DNA of 64,000 nt, from assembly GCA_964247055.1 (NCBI GenBank), contig OZ176056.1, positions 2,480,001 through 2,544,000 on the forward strand, written 5' to 3'. Under the pieces are notes generated by a model, which was given only the letters and a program-made list of their open reading frames with translations, was not told where the DNA came from and did no database searches. Origin of the DNA: Paragordius varius (taxonomy: Eukaryota > Animalia > Nematomorpha). A program made the position numbers and the translations under genes. Below are positions 53,890 to 64,000 of the stretch, piece by piece. Numbering within the stretch: position 1 is the stretch's first letter; every line of letters starts with the position of its first letter.

Positions 53890-54700
53890 TAAAAATGAGT
53901 CGGAATCGAAAATAAAAATGGGAAGGCCCCCATAATTTCAATACCCATGAAGAAATTAACAGATGCTGATCGTCATGCTTTTTTCCGATTTCAAAACAAG
54001 GTCCTAGTTTTTAACTTATCATCGTTTTAAATTAAATATACATGCCCAAAACTTTCTTTGTTTATGGACATTGGGAGTCCTTCTAATAAGCCAAAAAACA
54101 ATTTAAAAATAAAATTTAAATATTTTATATAATTTTAGAAAAACTGAATAACAATTGAAAATATTTAATATGCCAAAAAAGGCTTATGATGAAGATTTTG
54201 AGCCAAATATATTTGCCACAATTAAATACATTATCAGGCAAGTCCACAAAACGCTTCTAGTATTTTGCTTAAAATAATTATATGCTTTGATAAATTTATT
54301 TTTATTAAAATACAAGATTTCAGCATATAATTATTTAAAGATATGCATAATATTTTTAACTGATACAAAGTTTAAAATTTTAGGAGAGATTAAAATTTTA
54401 CTATGGATCAAATGTGGACGTTAGATTTAAAAGGTGAGAAAATATCATTTATGTTGGAGATCATTAACTTATCCGAATTAGGTATGGTGATTTTTTGAAC
54501 GAACATACCAATTTATGTGTTTTCCAATGCTGAGTTTGACAAAGTTTGCTGCAATAATTAATTGACCGAGATTTACCACACACAATAACAGCTTACCAAT
54601 TTCGATTTTTCTATCAAAATTTTTTTGTCACCGGGCTCTTTATCTGTGAGGCTTGGCTTATATCCACAATTTTCACATTTTGTCTCTTGTCCTCTCTAAA
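53890..54700 (-). pseudogene. Decayed MYND zinc-finger gene fragment
   Basis: KCENCGYKP...SCYC (frameshift in a TG repeat) then CGKSRSINYCSKLCQTQHWKTHKLVC at ~54690-54500. Stop-riddled coding-like sequence continues to ~53890. Confidence 0.7.
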
Positions 54701-54993
54701 TAATGATGTTTTTAGAAAATAAGATATGTCAAAAAATTGTCTTGAGACTCGAATATAAATTGCGACAATTCAAGCACTTTGATACATAATGAGTGATTTA
54801 CTACTGAACCCTAGTTAAATAAAATGGCATGTATGTATTTTAAGAATATATCATATATAAAAACTTCACACAATTATTTTTTAATTAAATCACATAAATT
54901 TTTAAAATTAAATATTTAATAAATAATAAATGTTGTTATAATTACTTTTTCAATAAGAGGGGCTGCCAATAATATGGTTTATATTGTATGTAA

Positions 54994-55810
54994 CAGGGGT
55001 GATCAACACAAATGGCTTCGCGGGCAGCATTTTTAACTCAAAATCGCCGGGCCACATTTGAAATATATAATTTATAGATTTCTAACATAAGACTGTAAAA
55101 TACAATCATTATTTTAGAATGATATAATGTAATATCAGCAAATTAATAATAAATTTATTAATGAATTTTCGTTAGATTCATCTAACTTCTTCGGATTAAC
55201 ATAAAAATAAAATTAAAATAAAGATACAAAATAAAATCAAAAATTTATAAAAACAAAGATGTGTATCTATTTATGAAGAAATCCGTTACTGGGTTAACAC
55301 GATTAATTTCATTTTGTCTGTTAATATTGGGAAAACGTTGAGATTTTAGATAACGAAAAAAATGACACTAGAAGTTTATTAAAAGAAAGTTACTATATAA
55401 ATAATGAAGATAAATTGATTAACAGACAAAAAAAATTAATCGTGTTAACCCAGTAATTTCTTCATAAATAGATACACATCTTTATTTTTATAAATTTTTA
55501 ATTTTATTTTGTATCTTTATTTTAATTTTATTTTTATTTTTATGTTAATCCGAAAAAGTTAGATGAATCTAACGAAAATTCATTAATAAATTTATTATTA
55601 ATTTGCTGATATTACATTATATCATTCTAAAACATAATGATTCAGCCTAATCCACAATCATTATTAACAATTTTTTCTAGGCTCTTGCCAATTGGATAGA
55701 CTTATTTGATAAAAAATTTTAAGAAATATCGTATTTATTAATATGTAGCCTATTTTGCAAATTATTCTAAATTTTAACAGGCGACGCTATTCGCATGTTG
55801 GACACTCCTG
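54994..55810. mobile_element. hAT-type MITE with long internal fold-back
   Basis: TIRs CAGGGGTGATCAACAC / CAGGAGTGTCCAACAT (reverse complement) and 8-bp TSD GTATGTAA / GTATATAA (7/8 match). Internal inverted arms at ~55104-55325 and ~55418-55642. Confidence 0.8.
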
Positions 55811-55819
55811 GTATATAAC

Positions 55820-57330
55820 AACGCCTAAAACAATGTTTGTACTAAAGAAGAAATTGAATGGGCCCTGAAGCATTCATCAACCGGCAAAGCAGAAGGATTC
55901 AATGATATCCCTACCGAGTTACAAAGGCACATTCCCATAAAATTAATTCTTTCGTTATTTCAAAAAATTTTCAATGAGGCGACATTCCCGATGGACTGGA
56001 ACAAATCACTAGTGGTCCCTATATTCAAAAAGGGCGATCCTAAACTATGTGAAAATTACCGTACAATAGCATTGATCAATCAAACCTCAAAGGTTTTCCT
56101 AAAAATAATACAAAACCGTCTACAAACATATGTCAAACCGGAAATATCAATGACACAGGCAGGCTTTAGAGAAAAAAGAGGATGCCGAGACATGATCTCA
56201 AACCTTAGATGGATAATGGAAAAAAACTGTGAATTCCAAAATGAGCTACACCTATGTTTCGTGGATTTCTCTAAAGCCTTCGATACCGTTCAACATGACA
56301 TTCTCTGGAAGGCCCTAAACAAATAGGAGTTTCCGATCACCTAATCAAACTAATTAAATCCATATACTCCAACTCCTACCTATCACTTAACACCCCGCAT
56401 GGCCCAACCTCTTGGAGCCCAATGAACATAGGTCTGCGTCAAGGCTGCATTTTATCCCCCATGTTGTTCAACATATATTTGGAATGTATCATGAGGGATC
56501 TAAATCTGCCAGGAATAAAAGTAGGGGGTCACACTCTGACGACTCTCCACTACGCAGACGACACGGTTATCTTAGCAAATTCACAAACAAACCTCGAAAA
56601 CAGTCTCCGAACTTTTATAAATGTGTGCAAAAAATACAATCTTACATTAAACCTTAACAAAACTAAAATTTTACATATCAACTCCCCTCATTCCTATGAC
56701 TCGCTTCGGATTAATGGCGAAACAATTCAAGTAGTCAACGAATACACATACCTTGGAAGCATCATCAACAACTTAAGCTCCAGTTCCCAAGAAATAAGAA
56801 GACGCATAGCTATCGCCAAATGCGCTCTATCCTCACACTACAAGTTATGGAAATCTCATGACATAACCCTTAAAACAAAAATCCGACTAGTAAATGCATT
56901 AATCTTCCCTATCATGTTATACGGATGTAAAGCTGGACCATCAAAAGTGAAGATGAAAGAAGAATAAACGCGTTTGAAATGTTTTGCTGGAGAAAGATAC
57001 TTGGTATAACATGGAAGGACAAAATAAAGAATATCGATATTGTAAATAAAATTAACGCACAAACAACGCTTCGGGGTAAAATAATAAAACAAAAATTCGG
57101 TTACTTTGGACACATTATTCGGGGCAATTCTTTGGAAAAGGATATTATGTTAGGAAAAGTAAATGGTAAGAGAGGAAGGGGACGCAGACGTATTCGCTGG
57201 GTAGACGAAATCTTATCACTTTCCAAATTGTCACTGCAAAAACTATCTCAAAAAGCTCACGACAGAACCGAATGGAGGAGGTTTTCCTACAAAATCGCTA
57301 ATGGTCGATAACCGACTACAAGCTCAACAA
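55820..57330 (+). mobile_element. 5'-truncated RTE-clade LINE (reverse transcriptase), two frameshifts
   Basis: ORFs 55991-56326, 56422-56967 and 56979-57311 join into an RT with DWNKSLVVPIFKKGD..CENYRTIAL, GLRQGCILSPMLFNIY, HYADDTVILA and FGYFGHIIRG..GKRGRGRRRIRW. A short CAA-repeat tail lies at ~57324-57334. Confidence 0.95.
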
Positions 57331-57984
57331 CAACGAAACCAAAAACGATATTATCTTACTTAAATTTCTATACCATTCACACCACTAATTTACTCTTGTT
57401 TGAAATTCACTCCTGAACAATTTAAATTCACCCAAAATTTCATATTAACCATTGAACATCTGAAAAGCACCCTAAAAATGATATCCCTTTTTAATCTTCT
57501 TACTATTTTTAATCTTTCGTTTGATTTTGACTTTTGTAATTTTTTCATGGTAAATCAATAATAAAGTATGGAGAAAATTGTTGATTAGTAATGTCCTACT
57601 CGTTTATCCTATTCATGATAGAAAATTTAAAATTTTTTTCGTTTTTCGATGAAATTCCAAGAACATATAACATACTTGAGTTAAACAATGTTAGCAATAA
57701 ACATTTAATAATATATTTATTATAAAAATAATTATTGGTGCCATATGTTTCCCCCCTTCTCAGACTTTGCAAGATTATGGTTGACATAATAGCAAAATTC
57801 TTTTGACATCTGACGCTGTTATTTTTTGACTTACTAAATGAAATCTTTTCCCGTGACATTACTTTCATTATTATTAATTGGGGAACAAACATAAGATTGT
57901 GAAACCCGTTTTTACTAGGATAGATGTAGTTTTAGGGGGGTCAAAATAAAAATATTATAGGTGTAACTATCAGCTATATTTTTT

Positions 57985-58260
57985 GCAATCTCTTTCATGT
58001 AAAAGATTGCATTACCCATTATGAAACGGCTTCCTTCCATGTTCAAAGAAGTCACATTCTATTTTATGACCCTTGCGCACCCCAGAGGAGCGATTAGAAT
58101 AAGATTTCTTCCTTTTAGTTTCCGCGTTTAAATCTTCCAAAATTTCTCTTGATGGAAACCGAACTCATCGATAAACACGAGATTGTTGTATTACATTCAA
58201 AAGTGTCGTTGAAATATTTTCAGTATTCTTTTCTTTTCCCGATTGTGTCAGGATCATATA
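57985..58260 (-). pseudogene. IS630/Tc1-like transposase remnant
   Basis: Minus-strand frames give YDPDTIGKRKEY, LVFIDEFGF, GRNLILIA and FIMGNAIFY, resembling VFIDExGF and FIMDNAxFH, with stops and frameshifts. Confidence 0.7.
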
Positions 58261-58689
58261 TTTTATTTATTTCCGATGTTTTTATTCGCAAGTAGGGATT
58301 AAAAAGATTTATATAAAACTAAAACATGATGGGTAACGTTTGAAAATTATGGTAAAGAGATAAAAAAAAGTAACTGAATCATTGGATGTCAATTATATAA
58401 TACCGACAAATCATTTGTAATGAAGTACAAATAATATTAAGTGTGAATTGAGAGGAACTAATCATATTGTTATCATAGAGGAAGAAAAAATTAGCACAAA
58501 TTACATATCAATCTTGAACTGCTTAAATTATTTCTGAAAATGATTTATTTCTTGCAGCACTATTCAATATATTGTCAAAGATCTTGCCATAACGAAAAAA
58601 AACTCATTTTGGAAATAAAATAAATGATCCCGTTACTATATAATTATTACATTTTATATATTAGCACCTTAAAACGGCGAAATAATCAT

Positions 58690-59990
58690 ATTTTACTTCT
58701 TGCACAATGCACACATACTTAAATTTATGAGAGCTCCATATCAAAGCCCTGCGTCTTGCCAAACTGGTTCCATCTTCAATCGAACCAATATAACTTGTAG
58801 TTATCTCTTCTCCTGTTGCTATGCTACACAAAGAAGATTCGCTTTATAACCAAAGATATCAAAATCGTTTATTGAAATCTACAAATAGCCATATATATCA
58901 TTTAATATATTTCCCTACAAATCATCATAATTTAAGCTATTTATTAAATATATGATGTATGGTTTTAAAATTGGTAATAGGGAAGAAAATTTTTATTTAC
59001 CACAGACAGATTTAATTTCCTCTATTAACAATTTGAAAAATCATCTAACAAAACGTATTCATTGTATAAATAAAGTATTTTAATTAATTTTACCTATGTT
59101 TAAAAGATTCTTATTCATCAAAATATACAATAGCTATAACATATTAATAGTAATTATATGAAACTGTTTTAGATGAGCATTCAAAGTGTCCTCCAAAGTT
59201 GAATCTGATATCACAGCATTACGATCACAACTATGATTTAAAATTGAAAAATAAAAATTCCACAAAATTCTGGATAATTATCGAATATTTCGGCCGAAAA
59301 TTCGCTGATATTAAAGTCTAACTTGTTGTGTTTGAGAGTAGTATGAGATTGCTTATGGAATTGTTTAAAAAAGTTGTCCAGGTCGTCACTTGTAGAAGCG
59401 CAAAAACTTGCAAATTTTTCGCCACAATAAGGAATATTATGGCAAATTCTTTGGGTGATACTCTAAAAACCTCAGTATCATTTGGATTTGTTAGTAGTTC
59501 AAAAATTTGTTTAGCCCTTTGTAAGTGCATAACGTATACATGGATAATTCCAATTCATTCCCTGGACACGTAAATGAGCCCAAAATGTTGTGTATAATGT
59601 AAAAACCTACCCAATAGTGTAACATGGCTCTTAGATTGCTCATTATCAATTTCATTAAGATATAATTTAATGGTGTTTTTAGCATCAAACATATTTAAAT
59701 ACTTTATACCCTGAACAAATATTTTAATGAACAAAATCGGATTAATATTTGCCGGACAATCTTTTTCAAGAGGGGCGTTTTATGCATAATTCACCTAATT
59801 TTGAAATGAAAGTTTAGCCCTTTTTATATCTTGCCTATTTCGGTGGTCTAAATTATGTGTACACATATAGGAATGGAAAGAATTCCAACTCTCTTTTTTA
59901 CACTGAAGACTACAATAAAATTCTTCATGATACATTCACATTCAATAGGCTGCTTATCAATCAGACAATTTCTATAACAATGAGAAAATT
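58690..59990 (-). pseudogene. SMYD-type (SET + MYND) lysine methyltransferase pseudogene
   Basis: Motifs in order on the minus strand: MYND-like CYRNC...CEC..EFYCSLQCKKESWNSFHSYMC (~59985-59860), SILNHSCDRNA (NHSC at 59238-59227), then after a probable intron IATGEEITTSY...RRRALI...F(K)xCALC (~58820-58690). At least three in-frame stops and several frameshifts. Confidence 0.8.
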
Positions 59991-60989
59991 ATATTAACCT
60001 TTTAATTAATATTTGTGAAAAATATATTTTTTGTTTTTTTACAAGAGGCATTATATCGTTATAAAAAATATATAATTATATCCATTTATTTAATACACTT
60101 TGGTTATTTATAAGGTCTAATAAAAATTATTGAAACAAACAGCTAATTAGTTTTGATATCAGCTATTTTTTGTCCTAGATTACTTTTTGGGACAGTTTTA
60201 TATGCCCGAGTTTAATTTTGTTTAAATACAGTTTTTGGATTTTTTAGTTAAAATTTAATTATCAAACATTGTTCTCATGAATTACATAAAAAGCTAATAT
60301 TTTTACAGTTTTGTGACTTCTAGAGTCCAAAATTGGTATACCTCCAAAACACGATTGAAATGAACGATACTAAATTCAAAATATATCAAATTTTTGTTGT
60401 TAAAATGTGGCCTGAAAGCTTTTCGAAGTTAATTATTTTTCTCATTTGCCTGTTGCATAGCGATTTAAAATTATCAAAAAATGGCGGCAAAAAAGTTTGA
60501 GATGGTTTTAATATAATTTAACATTTTTTTAATTTTTTGTATAATGCGCCTAAACGCCTAAAGAATGCATATTTTGGCTTTATATCTCAACTATCGCTCT
60601 AATATAAAAAACTACCCCAAAAAATAAGGGAGTTTAGATAAAACAAAGATTCGCCATAAAAAGTTTGATGATGTTTTTTTTAATTTGCCCTTTATTAACA
60701 ATCTTTTATTTGAATATAGTAACGAGTACTGTTGGAGACCATATATGTATTTTAAATGACTAAATGAGTAATTTACCTCTTATAGCCATGTAAGCTTTGT
60801 TTTGTTCCATTTTTAAAAATTAAGGAGAAAATATACAGTGATATATAACTAAAAAAATAAAAAATGTCAGGCAGGAAACAATTAAATTTTAGCTTTCAAA
60901 AAATAAATAAATATTTTATTGTAATCATATCTAGTCTTAAGTTTTTACAGTTATTTGGTCAAAAACAAGTAATGTTTGAAAGGAAATCA

Positions 60990-61850
60990 ATGTATTATCT
61001 TGTACATCGGCTTCGATACATTTCGCCTATCTACCAGGTAATAATTGAATGCCGAGAAATGTGATTGACTATGCGGCAAACCATTTTTTATTTTCCAACA
61101 TTATTATATTTCTGTCTATGGAGATTATCATGTGTTAAATTTGCCATGGCCAATTTCGGTCTTTATTTAATTAATGCATAAAATTGATTTGAGATAGCAT
61201 GAATTAACAGATATACTAGGTTAATACACAAAATCGCTCTGGTCTTATCAGACACACAGCACGCTATCTGAAATAATTTGGCATTGGTATGATGCTTGGG
61301 GTAAAAGACACAATTTTTCTGCTTATTATAACGCCATTTTATTATTACCCATTCAAAGATGAATTCTTTTCGTGAGGTGAATAGGCAATTTTCGATTGGA
61401 CGATTTAATATGTGTGGGGCCATTCACCAAGTTTATTGGTCGCATTGCTCCTAGAAAACTATTGATTATTTGTGATATTGCACTGCCAATTGTTGTTGGG
61501 TTTCAGTTGGGGGATCTTAGTAATTTCGCAGTTGTGTGGTGCAAAGAGTACTTTCTTTCAAATGATATCACTCCTATTAATTTTTCAAACCATGTTTCAC
61601 ATGTTTTAATCGATACTTGTTCACGTAAATGTTTCTGTCAGAAAACGATAACTTTTAACAAACTTCTTTTTCAGGCACAAAATTCGACATTCATGAATGA
61701 TAAAAATAAGGCGCTAGTTTTTGACGCAACTTATTTGTGTTAATCGTTTAATGTCTAATGAATAAAATCAAATCTGTATCAGATAAATCGTCTGCTTAAT
61801 TTTTGCCGTCTTTTTTAGTTAAACTGGTAATAATTTATAACTGATTATGC
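60990..61850 (-). pseudogene. Degenerate mariner transposase remnant
   Basis: MAPHILN (like WVPHEL), AILCINLVYLL (like KVMLCVWW...YELL) and LPGR*AKCIEAD (like LPERWQKVI). Same family and orientation as 44360-45180. Confidence 0.65.
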
Positions 61851-64000
61851 ACAGTTTCTTATCTTATCATGAAACAATAAATAAAATGTTTAATAATTCA
61901 AAACTTTTTGTAAATTTATACTTTTAAATATACATTGCTAGGGATTAAATATTGATGACGATGTGCCTTTGTTGATAATTTCGGAAATAATAATTGGTTA
62001 ATTTTGATTATTACCATCCTCACATCAATTTATATTGTACTCATATTTTGTAAAAATTCTAAAAACCAAATTTAATTTTTAAATGGATTAAAATTGTTAA
62101 ACTAAAATAATGCCGAATTTATTTTATTGCAAACAGATTCAGATGCCAGTTTTTTCCACATATATTATATTAACTCCAAAAATTAAACTATACATGCTAA
62201 AAGGCATGTAAATTTAGAACCCTTTTAACAGTTTATAACTTTTCGGGTCAGTTTTATATCCCAATTTGATATTTAATTCAAAAGTATTTAGGGATTAAGC
62301 CGAATATAAAAATATGCTTTTTTAGCATTTTTGGCACATTATACAATTTTTTTGTAAAAAAATGTAAAATCGTACAAAAATCTCCCATCTCAAATTGACG
62401 CCATTTTTTAATGTTTTTTCTGAATACAACAGGGTAAATAAATATCTTTAAAAGAGCTATCAGGCTACATTTCAGCAAAAGCTTGATATATTCAATGTTA
62501 ATAATAGCTGTTTGTTTTAATCGTGTTTTAGAGCTGTCCCAATTTCGGATTACAGAAGTCGCAAAACTCTAAAAATTATAAGCATTTTATCTTAATATGA
62601 GAACCAATTATTGAAAATTCAATCTAAAATTTTTCAAATGATATTTACCAAATTGTCTGGCATAATTAACCCAACATGTCAACAAGGACAGAAAAGTGAA
62701 AAGGTCATGAACTGTTAACAAAATATAAAACCACCGATATCCAATGATAGCTCGCCTTACTGCAATGTATATATAAATAATATAGATCACATTTATAATA
62801 AAAAAGTTTAAAATAAATATAATAAAATTTCTAATTTAATTTTTTAAATTATATTCATTTATTTGAATTATGTAAAATCAGCAATGTTTTTAATGACTAT
62901 TTTTATAAGCGTTTCTTTTTAAACGATGTCATTCATGATCAATTACCTTATGTGTTTTGCAAATGTACCTTGGAATAAAATTCAAATCTTATTATATGAT
63001 GCATAACACTGAAAATGGCAAAGTAAACACGAATTTAACCTATACCAAAAAATGTTGTCTGATATATTTAAAGCTAATTCACTAATAATTCGATCCCATA
63101 ATACCAAAAACAATCGGAAATCTTTTTTTTAACCAAATTTTTAGCCGATTTTAATACACATCCACAAAAGAGTAGCCTAAAACAAGGTTATTTTAAGTTT
63201 GTTGATGTAGTAACCACATTTAAAATTTTAATATATATACCAATTGTTTATAAAATGAATATCAAAACATCTATTTTTGGAAGTGGGGGAGTTTTTTAAG
63301 TAAAAAATCCATCAATATACAAATTTACCCTAGATACATATAAAACTATATTTAAATTTTTCATAAAAAAAATTAAAAAGATTGGCTAGACGAAAATGTA
63401 TTGGTTTTCACGCCTGTAAACATATAGAAAAAATAAAATATGATATATTTTTAGTAAAGTAAAGTTTAAACAGAGCAACACTATAAATAGATTTCAAAAA
63501 ACTGTTAAATTTTTTTAACGAGAATACAATATATATATAACGTTTAAAAAACAAAAATCATTTTTTAATCTTTAGTTTTTTTTAAAAAAGTGGTTAATAT
63601 CAAAATGATCTTAGTAGCCCTTTGTTGCATATTTTTTTCGGGGACCCTTGCCCAATCAACTCTGTTTTCCAAAACGACAGGTATTGATTAAACTAGTAAT
63701 ATATACGAATATTTTAATTTTACAAAATGTTGCACGCTTTAGCGTTTAAATATATTAAAAAAAAGTTAAGCCAAATATTTTAGATTAGGATAATTATTTT
63801 TTTATTTAAGGCAAAATCCACACTATCAGGTTAAGTCAAGAAAACCTTCCAAGAACCCATTCACTTTCGGATAAATTTAAGAATCCAGCTCAAATGTTGT
63901 CAGGTTTGTTCATTCCATTTTATTTTATTATATTTCATAATTATTCGGAATTAAGTATGATCATCAATATTTTAGATTTAAAGAGATATGAAAACTTATG

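Noticed and set aside
56412-56657. Overlapping ORFs at 56412 (+) and 56856 (-)
   Set aside because: They are alternate frames of the RTE reverse transcriptase.

Overview
Very AT-rich, repeat-dense eukaryotic (invertebrate-like) genomic DNA. I found no rRNA, tRNA, CRISPR or operon-like content. The short ORFs in the ORF track hide three spliced genes that I reconstructed by hand, each with consistent intron phases and no internal stops. Genes A (minus, 22914->15291, 656 aa) and B (plus, 40825->52977, 654 aa) are 14-exon paralogues arranged head-to-head across a ~17.9 kb transposon-filled spacer. They encode a predicted secreted, Cys- and N-glycan-rich protein that I cannot assign to a known family. 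Gene C (minus, 9212->4875, 7 exons, 215 aa) is a small predicted secreted protein with 10 Cys and tentative CUB-like plus WSC-like halves. The rest of the window is mostly transposons and relics: four hAT elements with 8-bp TSDs (one Blackjack-type element carrying an antisense deleted copy of its own transposase), further hAT, mariner and Tc1/IS630 remnants, two RTE LINEs, two copies of a non-autonomous Helitron with ~300-bp internal tandem units, many fold-back MITEs, a SMYD-type SET/MYND pseudogene and a second MYND relic. All coordinates and translations were done by eye, and family assignments need database confirmation.
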